Assembly (NCBI RefSeq): GCF_006345805.1
Contig: NC_043000.1
Coordinates: forward strand, 33,232,001-33,296,000
DNA from: Octopus sinensis
Taxonomy: Eukaryota
DNA: 64,000 nucleotides
Direction of reading: 5' to 3'
Shown here: piece after piece, positions 27,495 through 41,174 of the stretch
Layout: every line of letters starts with the position of its first letter
Position numbering within the stretch: the stretch's first letter is position 1
Made by a program: the position numbers and the translations under genes
Notes under the pieces: generated by a model
The model's input: only the letters and a program-made list of their open reading frames with translations
Database searches by the model: none
Told to the model about the DNA's origin: nothing

Positions 27495-27624
27495 GTCTAT
27501 CGTATCAATGTGTGTTTGAGTGTCTGTACATGTCTGTATGTGTATGAATGTGTGAATATGTGCTTGTGTGTTCGTGCGTGTGTGTGTTTGTGTGCGTGTG
27601 TGTGTTTGTGTGCGTGCGTGTGTG

Positions 27625-27656
<32 letters not shown>

Positions 27657-28161
27657 TGCGTGCGTGTGTGTGTGTGTTTGTGTGTAGGTAATTGATGCAA
27701 ATTTTTCGCCTGTTTAATCTTCGTTAAGTTGAAGAAATGATAAACCAGGCAGGTGGAATAAAAGGGTGGGGTGGGGTACGGTGATGGTAGAGGAAAGAAG
27801 GCGCAGGGAGAGTAGTGGCGGAATAAAGAGGGGGGGGCAGAATGGTAATGGTGGTGGTAGGAGGAAGGTGGTGTTGCATTAGAACCGAGTGATTGTGTCT
27901 GGAACTGTGGAAACGGTGGAGTCACGTCTAACACACACACGCTTATAACTGCCACCACCAACACCGCCTCCATCGTCCGCACTGCCACCACCACGGACAC
28001 CACTACTCAGTGGAGAGAGAGAGGGTGGGGAGAGTGAAAGAGAGAGAGAATGAAAGAGAAAGAGAGAGAGAGTTAACTAGACAAACAAATAAATTGATAG
28101 ATTCATACATTTATATTTATAAACACACGTGCACACACACGCATATCTTTATATATCACAT

Positions 28162-28203
<42 letters not shown>

Positions 28204-28272
28204 ATGTCCCTAGAGGTGTGTGCGTACACGCACGTGCTTGTGTGTGTGTACATATTTATGTATATATGTATG

Positions 28273-28325
<53 letters not shown>

Positions 28326-28342
28326 TGATTGATGGATAGATG

Positions 28343-28377
<35 letters not shown>

Positions 28378-28394
28378 TGATTGATGGATAGATG

Positions 28395-28444
<50 letters not shown>

Positions 28445-28693
28445 TAACTATGTATGTATGTAATTGTTCCGTTTTATTCCAAGATTTCTTGTCAATAGAG
28501 AAAGAACCGGTTTCTAACCTAGATCCAAGGCTCTTTCATTGGAATTTCAACATCAGCAACAGGGTATGTGTACACGTGTGCAGGGTATGTGCTGTGTTTG
28601 GAATCAGTGCATGTGCTGATCTCTATGTTTTCCTTTATGCATGTGTCCTCATGCATACAGCTGCATGTCTAGACATGCGCATATATCTTGTAC

Positions 28694-28897
28694 CTTTTAC
28701 TTGTTTCAATCAGCTGACGGCGGCCATGCTGGAGCACCGCCTCGAACAATTTTGAGTCGAATGAATCGACCCCAATACGTATTTTATTTTTAAAGCGTGG
28801 TACTTATTCTATTGGTCTCTTTTGGTGGATTGCTAAGTTACGGGGATTAAACACGTTAACACCAGCTGTCAAGTGGTGCGGTGGGTGATACACACAG

Positions 28898-28931
<34 letters not shown>

Positions 28932-28960
28932 CACACACACACAACACACACACACACACA
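28694..28960 (-). mobile_element. CORE-like SINE 3' half
   Basis: Tail motif GGCCATGCTGGAGCACCGCC and adjoining (CA)n. Confidence 0.8.
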
Positions 28961-28989
28961 AGCACAAACACGCACTGTTTTATTGAGTG

Positions 28990-29520
28990 CAGAGAGTTCC
29001 AAGGTTTATGTTTTCCTTATTCGGCTGTAATATCCTTTGGTGGCACGTGTCCTGTTACAAGTGCTACCGTAGGAAATATGCTTTCATCCACCCCTAGATA
29101 ACATTTCCTCGTCAAATATCGGGGAAACAGTCAAGCCATTGATGGAGATGCAGCTCGCCTGGTTTACAATTTTCCCTTTTTCACAACTAGGAAGGAAGGA
29201 ATTACAACCGTGTTTCGTGGTCTGCTACCACAGCAGCCCCTTTATAGGATCCAGTTAGCTCAAGACATCATCAAGAGGAACCACGTCCAGTTTCGGCCCC
29301 TACTCCTCTACCGTTTTGACGTGGCGGGGTCCCCCCTTTCGGAGGTGTCTTCAGTTCTGGTGTTGGGTGCATGTTTTTCTTCTTTCTTCTGTTCCCTGGC
29401 CTCTTCGATGTAGCGTCAGCGAGTGTCAGAAGGCGATTGACTGACTTGTCAAATTTTCCCTTTAAATACCTGCCGCATAGGCTTCAGCAGGCAGCCCCAG
29501 TAAGTTGTCACGTGACACTG
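28990..29520 (-). mobile_element. Possible decayed 5' end/ORF1 fragment of a non-LTR retrotransposon
   Basis: GC-richer, non-microsatellite segment; broken minus-strand reading KLDVVPLDDVLS..VALVTGHVPPKDITAE is ORF1-like only by impression. Confidence 0.3.
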
Positions 29521-30078
29521 TCTCACCTTAACTGACCAGTGAAGGCGCGTAGTCTTTATGTCCTTTGAAACTACTGTAACCAGGTCATACTCTTGGCATA
29601 CAGTTCCAAGTCATCCACAAAGAAGCAGTGTGCAAGTTTGGTCCTTCTTCATGTGAGCCAGTGAGATACGTTTCGGGCTTCCTCAACATAAATGAATGTG
29701 TGTACGCACCCTTATCGTGAAATAAATACATTTGTTGTTATTGCTGCACCTCAGAATAATCCTATACGAACAATCCTATGAGGAAAGACATTCCAGCTCT
29801 GACCATCCCATCCACTACAATGTCATTGTATTTATGTCCCTCCTTGTTTGGTACAATAAGGTCTGGTTTAAAGGGAAATATTCTATAAGAGATACAATTA
29901 ATTCAACTCGTTATATAATAATAGTCAAATCTGGATTCCAAGGATAGAGTATTTTTCCATTCTGCTGCCCCGTGATAAAGAATATGGACTGCAGTATGGC
30001 AATCGAGATATGGTCCAGAGCTGTATGTTACTGCCTCTTTGTGGTAAGATCTGATAAGTGACCAATCAAAGTAGAGAA

Positions 30079-30461
30079 GGCGGCGACCTGGCAGACTCGT
30101 TAGCACGCTGACCGAAATGCTTCGCGATATTTCGTCTACCGCTATGTTCTGAGTTCAAATTCCGCCGAGGTCGACTTTGCCTTTCATCCTTTGGGGTCGA
30201 TTAAATAAATACCAGCTACGCACTGGGGTCGATATAATCGACTTAATCCGTTTCTCTGTCCTTGTTTGTCCCCTCTGTGTTTAGCCCCTTGTGGGCAGTA
30301 AAGAAATAGGTATTTCGTCTGCCGCTACGTTCTAAGTTCAAATTCCGCCGAGGTCGACTTTGCCTTTCATCCTTTCGAGGTCGATTGAATAAGTACCAGT
30401 TACGCACTAGGGTCGATGTAATCAACTTAATCCCTTTGTTTGTCCTCCCTATGTTTAGCCC
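30079..30461 (+). mobile_element. Meta-like SINE dimer
   Basis: Full unit 30079-30308 joined at AAGAAATA|GGTATTTCG to a headless unit. Confidence 0.9.
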
Positions 30462-30744
30462 ATATACAATATTATTACATGAAGAAATTCTTCCTGTAAT
30501 AATTGTATACAACTTGAGATGTTTGCTTTGCCTAAATGTTTGACGTCCTGTTTAACAATTATATATCCGCTGCATCGGAAATCTGCAATGGCTCCATAAC
30601 TAGCATCTCGGCTATAACCTTGGAGCCTCAGTAATCCGTTACCCCGTTACCGCACTTAACTAGCGTACCTAATCGTTTAGATCACCTGTGAACTAAACCC
30701 CCATACTTTGTGTGTGTGTGTGTATGTATGTATATGTATATATA

Positions 30745-31124
30745 TTTTCATTTTTTCATTTTTCATTTTCATCTAGTTTCAGCTCACGAGCTGTGGCCAT
30801 GCTGGGACACCACCATTCGGTGTTGCTACATGATTTTACTTCACGAATGCTTTTTAGCAATTGACATTTGGTGCATGAGAGAGTTTGATGCAGCTGCCCT
30901 CATCTGCACCTCCTGCCGTGAAGTTGGTTCATCTGGGACACCTCACAGGAAGAGGTCCAGCTTTATTTTGAAGACATCTGCATCCACCCCATGCAGGTCT
31001 CTCAGGTCCTTCGGGAGGATATTGAAGAGCTGTGGACCTCTGAAGTCCAGGCTATTGCAGTATCTTGTCCTACATCTTGATGGCAAATTTGAGTCCTTAG
31101 CACTATGCAGTGGCGCCCAGTTCT
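30745..31124 (-). mobile_element. CR1/L2-group LINE 3' end
   Basis: Minus-strand reading RYCNSLDFRGPQLFNILPKDLRDL..FKIKLDLFL*GVPDEP..RAAASNSL, then 3' UTR and (GAAAAT)-like tail. Confidence 0.8.
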
Positions 31125-31383
31125 AGTATATATATATATATATTCAAATATGAATTCACAGCAGCTCGAGGTATATAAGAAAGTCACAACACTGACAAAA
31201 CATCAATGTCTGTCGCTCTGAGAAAGGACTTGATGTGAGTTGTCTCACTTGCTTATGACTTACGTTCAGGTGGTTTTTAACACCGGGCATATTGAAGAAT
31301 ATATTCTCTTACACCTAAAATACAGCTGACCCAAGAACTAATAACACACACACCTTGTGTATGTGTGTTCGATTTTGCTGGTT

Positions 31384-31399
<16 letters not shown>

Positions 31400-31414
<15 letters not shown>

Positions 31415-31865
31415 ATCATATGTGTATACGGGTGCAGGTGTGGCCATGTTGCAAGAAGGTTGTTTCCCAACCACATGGTTCTGGGTTCCATTCCACTGCG
31501 CTGTTACCTTGGGCAAGTGTCTTCTACTATAGCCTCGGGCGAACCAAAGCCTTGTGAGTTGATTTGGCAGATGGAAACTGAAAGAAACCCGTCGTATATA
31601 TATAGTATATATATATGTGTGTGTGGTGTGTGTGTGTGTGTGTGTCATATGTGTATATAGGTGCAGGTGTGGCCATGTGGTAAGAAGGTTGTTTCCCAAC
31701 CACATGGTTCTGGGTTCCATTCCACTGCGCTGTTACCTTGGGCAAGTGTCTTCTACTATAGCCTCGGGCGAACCAAAGCCTTGTGAGTTGATTTGGCAGA
31801 TAGAAACTGAAAGAAGCCCGTCGTATATATATATGCATATATATATGTGTGTGTGTGTGTGTGTT
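31400..31865 (+). mobile_element. Tandem duplication of a CORE-like SINE head (period ~229 bp)
   Basis: Two heads starting at 31431 and 31660 share private mutations (GCGCTGTTACC, GAGTTGATTTGGCAGA). Confidence 0.88.
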
Positions 31866-32081
31866 TAATTTGGGCGGTCACCTCGATCAAGGCTAATTTT
31901 AGTCTTAATAAACAACCTTACAGTGTGTCAAAGCTGAAATTTATTCCTTAAACACACCAAAACTAATGTTCGTTAAACAATGTCACTGTGTTTCATTAAA
32001 TATTACTTCGACCTGTTCACTGTCCTCAACAACAGCAGTGGTATCTTCAATTAAAACTTTTCTGTTTCCTGCCTCTCTCTG

Positions 32082-32128
<47 letters not shown>

Positions 32129-34297
32129 CTACTGCTCTGTCTTATTCCTTACTTCTCCTTCTCCATATCTTTCTTCCCAGCATCCCCTGTTGAAATAATG
32201 TATAGCCACGAAGATAAACGACTGTTTCTGTTATTAATTGAAAGAAGAAGGAAAACATTTCTAATAATTCGCCAGAGAGATTTGAAAGAATATATCAACG
32301 ACGCTCTTGTCTTTAACCAACACTCTAAAGTTAAATTCTGGGATTCTTGTAGTTCTGCTATATTACCATTTCATAGAATTGTGTTTATGCCTATATGCAT
32401 GCAACTCACTCTATTTTTTAAAAAAATTCAGTTGCTTTATATACGCGTGTATCTTTATTAATATAAGATACGTATATATATTAACGAAGGTCCTTAACAC
32501 GCAGCCGTCTACATTATTAATATACACACATATGAAAGTGTAGCGACGCACAAGCATAGGCATGCCTCAGCTTATCTATGTACGGAAGTGCATTTGTAAA
32601 TAACCACTCAAGGATGGATATGTTTATCTGTGAACACCTGCATACTGCACCTATTTATATGTGCAGATGCACTGTGCAGGCGTACTGTGCAAATTTCTTA
32701 ATGTGCACTGCATCAATGATTAGCACTGCATTCTATGGACTGGAGGTAGAAACAAATCAGCATATTAACTGTTGCGTTTTACCATCGTGAACCATTTTGC
32801 CCCACTACCATCCATATTGTTCTCCTAATTCTGATTATGAAAAACAAACTATCATAGTATTTCCAGTCACACTTTTGGATAACGTCTGTAGGCGAAGTCC
32901 GTTGGATCAATTCGCAAAGGTTGGCGTTATTATTGACATCTTCACCGATAGAACAAGAGTGTTTTCTCAAGAAGAAACAGATCCATCTTTGCTCTACTGT
33001 CAAAACGTTGTTCGTTACGACAGGCGATGTGGTTGCAATGAAATTTCACAAGTCATAGAAGGGGAAGCAATGACTCAATTGGAGGCGATGACAAAAGGAT
33101 TGTATGTTGGCGTATAATGGAATGACAAAAACATAATCAGCGAGATCGAAATGTTTGCTACATTGCGCTACTCGTCCGGAACGAGTATTCAGGTTTTGAC
33201 CTCATCCCAGGGCAATATGAACGCCATGTGCCACACAATGTACAGTGGGATCAGGTCCCCCGAATACTTCCTACGTCTAAACTCACTGACTTGAAATAAA
33301 AAAAGTAATGCTCTAAAGCAGATACCATCATCTGGTTCAATGGTTCGATAAACAGCCATAGCTGGTACTTGTGTGTTCAAGTCAGGTATGAATGTATCCA
33401 AAACCACTTGTGTTTTGTGCCTGTAGGTGAGTCTGTGTCCAATATCAATGAGATCAAAACAATTGGCGTATGTGGCACCAAGGAGATACGTGTCTGTTTA
33501 GGTGTCGTCTCTAGATAGTTCACCATGTGTTGGTACCACTCCAGTATCACAAATGAAAAGCAAGACGACAAAATCGAACAAGGAGATCGAACGTTCTTTG
33601 CGTTCACTTCCAACTTTTATTGCATTTTCGCATTAAACAACCTGTTCTATGTGGTTCTACCGAAATGACTTCACATGGAACATCTTTGACTTCTCACTCA
33701 TTTGGAACTCTAATTGCCAATCCTGTTTCCGTGACAAACTTCACACACTTCGCCACTCCGCAATATCCACTAATAATTAAAAAAGGATCTGTCTTATTTT
33801 TGCCAACAAATGTTCTCCCTTAAAATGAATTTCAAATGTCTGGCCATTAATAACCTGGATATACCAGCTTAGCTCTAGCTGACCAACGTACAACAGCAGG
33901 GTATATAAGTTCAGCTATCCGTAGAGATTACAGGCAACTATATAACTCATGTCGACCACGCAAACTGAAATATAACCTGACACTATCAAATCGAGGAATG
34001 TCCCGCGAGATAAATGCTGTCGCTGAAATACCACAGACTGAAGTACCCTAAAAATAATCTGACGTCATCTTGTCTACGCAACCAGCAGCTTCCTTGCACG
34101 AAGGTGCAGCGACACATAAGGATCTGAATCATATGGTGCAGACACTGTACAATTTTAGCGTGTGTGTATGCGTGTGCACGCGTGCGTACACTTATTGTTG
34201 GAGGTAATATCCCACTCGGTTTAATATTATCAAACTATCATTGACGTTCTTTGACTTTTTTTTTGTAAGCATTCCTTGCATTACTCACAAATCAACC

Positions 34298-34351
<54 letters not shown>

Positions 34352-35230
34352 TACATGCATACATACATACGCACGTACATACACGCGAGAGCGCATACAC
34401 ACATACACACGGAGCCACGCCGCGCGCACAAATTTGATGGATGCATTATGCTTGTCCAGATATTTCGTAGGCGATTATCACAAAACGACCAATCGTCATT
34501 AGCTGATATTACATAATCTCTAAGGATTCGCCCACCATTTTTCTGCATACGTTCAAGCTTGGCATCGTCTGCATCGATCTCACAATTCTGGGAGGGTCTG
34601 CAAAGTTCATGGACACGGCCCGTCCCCACTTTCACTAAATTGCTCATATAATGCATCTATACATACATACATACATATATACATACATACATACATACAT
34701 ACGTACGTACGTACGTACGTACGTACGTACGTACGTACGTACATACATGTGTGTATATACATACATACATGTGTATACATGTATATAAGTGTGTATAATA
34801 TATATATATGCATATATGTATGTGTGTGTGTATATACATGTATATGTGTATATATATGTATATGTTTATGTATGTATATGCAGGTATGTATGTATATATG
34901 CATGTGTGTTGTCAGTGTTTATGGCCTGTTGCTGATAAGAAGTGTGTACAATGGACTGCTTCTGATGTTTCTCGCCTCAGGTGCTGACGTAATTCCGAAG
35001 TCAGGTCATCAATAAGAACAAATACTGCCCCTTTCACCATTCCACTACCACCACCGCCGCCGCCGCCACCACCTCTGCTAGTTACCATTTTCCTCTCTAA
35101 GACTAAAGACACCTTTATATTCTAACACAGTCCGTTATTCATGCACCCAACTGCAAAGAATTTCAGAAACAGAATCGTAAAATTCCACTGACGTTATATT
35201 CGCAAAAAGCATGTCGACAAAGATGCTGTT

Positions 35231-35275
<45 letters not shown>

Positions 35276-35779
35276 GCTGCTGCTGCTGCTACTGCTGCTG
35301 CTGCTACTGCTGCTGCTGCTGCTGCTGGTTGGTAGGGGTGGTGGTGATGGGTGGTGGTGGTGGTGTGGTGGTGGTGGTTGGTAGTGGTGGTGGTGGTTGG
35401 TAGTGGTGGTGGTGGTTGGTAGTGGTGGTGGTGGTTGGTAGTGGTGGTGGTGGTGATAGTCATGGTGGTGGTGAAGGTGGTGGCGGTGGTGGCGGTGGTT
35501 GTGCGGCGTTAATGTCGTACCAGTGTTGGTAGTAATTGATGTGGTAGTGAATGGGAGGTGGCGATGGTGGTTGTGATGGTAGTGGTTGTTGTGGTGGTTG
35601 CTGTTGTAGTAGTGTTGGTGGACGACCATTGTTAAGTTTGTCGGTAATAAAGTTGACTGTTGTTGTTTAACCGCAGATCATCCTGGGGTTAAACAACAGT
35701 CTTAGGATCAAAGGCAATCCAGCTTCCACCATCCCGTGTTGATATATCATTATACCCATCTTTAATACAATATTAGGTG

Positions 35780-35817
<38 letters not shown>

Positions 35818-35958
35818 TATATGTATGTATATATGTATGTATGCATGTATATATGTATATATGTATATATATATATATATGTGTGTATATATATATGTAT
35901 ATGCATGTGCATATGTATATATGTATGTATGCATATGTGTGAGTGTTTGTGTGTGTGT

Positions 35959-35996
<38 letters not shown>

Positions 35997-36660
35997 TCAG
36001 CGTGTTGTTATGGTTATGCATCTGGTTTGCAAGGTTCTTGACGTGAGCCTGTATATTGAAATATATTTCGCTGTATTTCGAGACGGTCGTTATGCCAATA
36101 ATGAATACACTCACTGGTCCTATTTCACTTTTTATTTATTTATTTTTTATTTGTCAATTAGTTAAACTCCTTAACCAATCAACTAATCGATTGTCACCAT
36201 TTGTGACCACATCAACGACATTCCCTCTCTGCTCCAGATCTCCCGAAAAATCATTATTTCATTTTATTTTCTCTAATTAAGTTTGTTTGATCAATCATAT
36301 TGATTTTAGCTTTTGCTGAGGTTTTTTGTGTGTGTAAGGGGCTGTTGTACCCTATTCACTCGTATACCTTCAAGGGGTGTGTCCCTGTATTTCCAGGACA
36401 ATATTTACAAGCTGCAATAGATTTTTGAATTAAATAAACAAGCAGAAAGTTTTATGGTATTCAAGATTTCTCTCTTATTAAACAAACTCAAAGTTAGTCT
36501 ATTCTCTACGTGGCCGTTCAGTATGCTAGAAATAGCAGCAGACACTTGGTTATATTCCAAGGCGTGTAGTATACCAGGCAACCATACCAACAAATTCATC
36601 TCTGATATTTTTCTTCTCAAATTCTGCCGGTGCGGCTATTTCATACTACCCCACATTTCG

Positions 36661-36937
36661 GTTGACTCCCTGGTGTCCACCTTTCAGTTGACTCCCTGGT
36701 ACCCACCCTTCAGTTGACTCCCTTGTACTCACCCTTCAGTTGACACCCTGGTACCCACCCTTCAGTTGACTCCCTGGTACTCACCTTTCAGTTGACTCCC
36801 TGGTACCCACCCTTCAGTTGACTCCCTGGTACTCACCCTTCAGTTGACTCCCTGGTGCTCACCTTTTAGTTGACCCCCTGGTACCCACCCTTCAGTTGAC
36901 TCTCTGGTACCCATCCTTCAATTGACCCCCTGGTAAC
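36661..36937. repeat. 26-bp minisatellite, ~10.6 copies
   Basis: Unit GTTGACTCCCTGGTACCCACCCTTCA, head to tail with no spacers. Confidence 0.95.
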
Positions 36938-37521
36938 TTGAAATCGCGTTCAAATTACCGAAGGTGAGGGCAGAGGGGTAGGATGAAACCGATTTCGAAT
37001 TGCCACCAGGGATAATTCCAATTAGATGTCATCCTATGACATCAGATTATCCCCTGAAATCCATTCCCCAAATGTCCGTTGCCTTGGTGACAAATAAAGT
37101 ACGTTTTCCATGTGTGTGTGTATACGTTCGGTACCCGTATGTAAATCCCGAAAGAAGTGTTTTGAGCGTCGAATTGGTTAACGTTGGAAAACTTGATTTA
37201 GAGCGTGAGCATATTTTGCGTAATAATTGCGTATAAATATATTTTGTTTGCCCTTAAAGTGTGCATTAATATATTTTCTGTAATATACATTTCGATCGCA
37301 GGAAAGCAAGTGCTACGCTACTAAATCCTCATATCCAAATCAGTTTATTTTTTTTTTAAGAATGCTTTTAGTTAAAAAAAAATTGCGGGCTCAGAATCCC
37401 TGATGTTCAAATGCTTTTTGTTTCTTTTTGTTTTTTTTTTAAGGTTTCACATAAAAATGTTGAGGCAATTACTAGAAAAAATTATATTGATAAACTTACT
37501 TTTGGTTCTTTTTCGTTGATC

Positions 37522-37918
37522 AGAAGTGGCTGTGTAGTAAATAGCTTGCTTACCACCCACTGCGTGGCACCTTGGGCAAGTATCTTCTACGATAGCGTCG
37601 GACAGACCAAAGCCGTGTGAGTGGATTTGGTAGACAGAAACTGAAAGAAGCCCGTCATATATATATATATATTTGTGTGTATGTGTGTGTGTGTGTGTGT
37701 GTGTGTTTGTATGTATATCCCCCCCCCCCCATCATCGTTTGGCAACCAATGCTGGTGTGTTTATGTCCTCGTAACTTAGCGGTTCGGCAAAAGAGACCGA
37801 TATAATAAGTACTAGGCTTACAAAGAATAAGTCCTGAGGTTGATTTGCTCGACTAAAGGCGGTGCTCCAGAATGGCCGCGGTCAAAATGACTGAAACCAG
37901 TAAAAGAATAAAAGAATA
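37522..37918 (+). mobile_element. CORE-like SINE (head partly deleted) with internal microsatellite
   Basis: Match to 6722-7164. Confidence 0.88.
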
Positions 37919-37930
37919 TACAGATACAAA

Positions 37931-38494
37931 GGCGGCGAGCTAGCAGAAGCGTTAGCACACCGGGCGAAATGCTTAGCGGTACGTTCTGAGTTCAAATTCC
38001 GCCGAGGTCGACTTTGCTTTTCACCCTTTCGGGGTCGATTGAATAAGTGCCAGTTACGCACTGGGATCGATATAATCGACTTAATCCGTTTGTCTATCCT
38101 TGTTTGTCCCCTCTGTGTTTAACCCCTTGTGGGTAGTAAAGAAATAGGTATTTCGTCTGCCGTTACGTTCTGAGTTCAAATTCCGCCGAGGTCGACTTTG
38201 CCTTTCATCCTTTCGGGGTCGATAAATTAAGTACCAGTTACGCACTGGGGTCGATGTAATCGACTTAATCTGTTTGTTTGTCCTTGATTGTCCCCTCTGT
38301 GTTTAGCCCCTTGTGAATAGTAAAGAAATAGGTATTTCGTCTGTCGTTAATTTTTGAGTTCGAAATCCGCCGAGGTCGACTATGCCTTTCATCCTTTCAG
38401 AGTCGATAAAATTGGCACCAGTTACGCACTGGGGTCGATGTAGTCGACTTAATCCCTTCTCCCAAAATCTGAGGCCTTGTGCTTCCAGTAGAAA

Positions 38495-38497
<3 letters not shown>
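37931..38497 (+). mobile_element. Meta-like SINE trimer
   Basis: Units 37931-38146, 38147-38330 and 38331-38497, with identical AAAGAAATA|GGTATTTCG junctions. Confidence 0.9.
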
Positions 38498-38533
<36 letters not shown>

Positions 38534-38669
38534 CATACATACATATATACATACATACATACATACATACATACATACATACATACATACACACATACAC
38601 ACACACATACATACATACATACATACATACATGCATACATACATACATACATACATACATACATACATA

Positions 38670-39447
38670 CTGGGTGCGATGGGTAAATTGTCATCGTTTT
38701 ATATTTCTGTCTGTGAGAAAAACAGCACTATGTCGCAATTCTCTCTGCCAGGATTTTGGAAACAACATGCTGTACTGCTTAGCATTCGCGCCGGAAGCTT
38801 CAATACGAACATTTCAGTTTCTATAACTGTCAATTTGAGGACAGTGCAGAGAATTCGGAAAGCATTGGATGAGTCTAATGGTGATTACTAAGGTATGGTA
38901 GCTTGGAAAACTCAATCTGGTTGTTCTGATAAGAAAAGAACACTTGAATTTGTTGGTGAGATCCAGGCCATGATTGACAACGGTCCGTCCAAGTTAATCA
39001 CGTCCATCGCCAGGGACATGGAAGTGTCAAAGTTTCTTATCAGCCAGGTAGTGCATGAAGACATTCGGTATTCCACGTGCAAGATGAGAAGGGGCCAATT
39101 TTTATCCCAAGCTATCAAGGACAAGAGGAAAGACCGCGCTATGATGCTTTTGAACAAACTCAAGCATCCCCTCCAACCGAATGTGCTTTGGTTTTTCTCA
39201 GACGAGAAAAGCTTCTGCCAGGATCAGATGATGAAACACAGACCAACTGTTGGCTTGCCGTGTCTCCAAAACATGTATCGAGAGTGATAAAAATCAAACA
39301 TCCAGTCTACATTATGGTGTTTGAAGTGATGGTGACGTTATGTCTCCATTCATCTTTTTATGTAATTTTGGTAAATATATCTGTTAAAATGAGATGTCAG
39401 TGTTATTTCATTTTTGCATAATTTAGACATATATTTACCGCATCCTG
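38670..39447 (+). mobile_element. Internally deleted DD37D/maT-like transposon
   Basis: TA-CTGGGTGCG ... CGCATCCTG-TA ends; transposase from 38730 (stop at 38889-38891), LRTVQRIRK, SIARDM, FFSDEKSFCQDQ. Confidence 0.85.
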
Positions 39448-39460
39448 TATACATACATAC

Positions 39461-39586
<126 letters not shown>

Positions 39587-39605
39587 TATATATATATATT
39601 GTATA

Positions 39606-39872
39606 TATACTACCAAACAAACATGATTTTTATTGAACTCTAAATACTTTTTGGAGTCTCGTTCTGATACTTTCTTAAATACTCTTGTAAACTGTTTTTA
39701 ACATTTTCTTATTATTTTTAAAGAATGTATGTAAGTATTTTAATACTTTTGTGACAACCAGTACTTAACACAACAAAACTTATACAAAGCTTTACATTTT
39801 ACTTTTGACAATATTTTTCTAAAAAAGTGAAACCGGTCAAGTGAATAAACATCTTTAAAAATGCATTTTCAA
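39606..39872 (+). mobile_element. AT-rich repeat carrying a hammerhead motif (second copy at 43654-43905)
   Basis: Near-identical blocks starting TACCAAACAAACATGATTTTTATTGAACTC directly after (TA)n at both loci. Confidence 0.85.
39801..39842 (+). ncRNA. Minimal type I hammerhead ribozyme with U3:A8 core
   Basis: ACUU | UUGACAA-U | AUUUUU-cuaa-AAAAGU | GAAA | CCGG | UC | AAGU; GUC cleavage triplet. Confidence 0.7.
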
Positions 39873-39881
39873 ACCTTCTTT

Positions 39882-39915
<34 letters not shown>

Positions 39916-41113
39916 GTGTGTGGTGTGTGTGTGTGTGTGCATATTTTGGTATTAAGAACCTGTATAAACACACAACTGCCGCTCTGCAGAGATGGGATTG
40001 TATAATTTCTATTTCCGTTCATGATATGAACTACGATAACACGAACAGTAGATGCTTCAACAATGGAATTCTTTATCGGAAATATATTAACAAAGAAGAG
40101 GGGAAAGAGAGAGAAGGCAGACAAAGAGACATTCCAAAAGGCTGTCGCAGTATAAAACTTGCAGTGAATTAAAATTTATCGTCTTGTTGAAAAGAATCCT
40201 TAAAACCACATTTTGATAGGAAAAAATACATATATCAAAACTGGAATTTTTAGGAGTTTTCTAGACAGTGGAGACTTTAATAATAGCATTCTGTGATTAA
40301 AAGTAACTTAATTCCTTTTAATAAATAATCAACTATCTCCACTATAATATAAATAAAATATTCTAAGTATATTTATTCTAAATTTAAAGAATTTTAAATG
40401 AGATTTTAAAGACTGATTTTATTTTTATGTGTAAACATCTTCTTTATTGATCTTATTTTTAACTAGTTATCTTTCTTTTTTGCATCAACAGATATTTTCA
40501 AGGCTCTGCACGTGAGAATAGTGGCCGTACATTGCCCTGGCCTGGCATCATCAGATTAGAAGTGCATAATAATACATCAAAACTGCTGGAAATCCAGACT
40601 TCGCTTCAATGTCTTAAAGACAACACTGTCTTTGACTTATGCTTCCAAATCTCTCTGGCAAGTTATTAGAAATGGCTTTGCTTCTTCTTTGTATAAATAC
40701 TAGAAACAGCCGTTATCTGGGAAACATATTTAATGTTATGCTACGCAAAACGGTATATTGGGGAGAGAAAGGGTGCGGGTCAAGTAATAAAGAATTAACA
40801 GAGAAGGTGGAGATAGAAAGGTTTTAATTAAAGATACTGCTGCTATTGAGGCCAGTAAGAGGCCGTAATAATATTTAACGAAACAAAATGACATTGTTGA
40901 ACGGTCGTTCATTCTGTTTAAAGAATAAATTTCAACTTTGACACACTGTAAGGTTGTTCATTCCCACTACGGTTAGCTTTGATACGAAGTGACCTAAAAA
41001 ATTATATACATATTTACATGCATACACATACGCGCGCCTACATAAACATACACACATATAAGTACATATATATACATACATATATACATACATAAATACC
41101 TATGAACACAAAG

Positions 41114-41174
<61 letters not shown>

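Noticed and set aside
33148-33162. CSKHF peptide (minus strand) as a THAP domain
   Set aside because: The upstream C-x-C, P and W signature is not recognisable in frame; five residues are insufficient.
36661-36937. 26-bp repeat array as a CRISPR array
   Set aside because: Units are contiguous with no unique spacers, there are no cas genes, and the context is eukaryotic.
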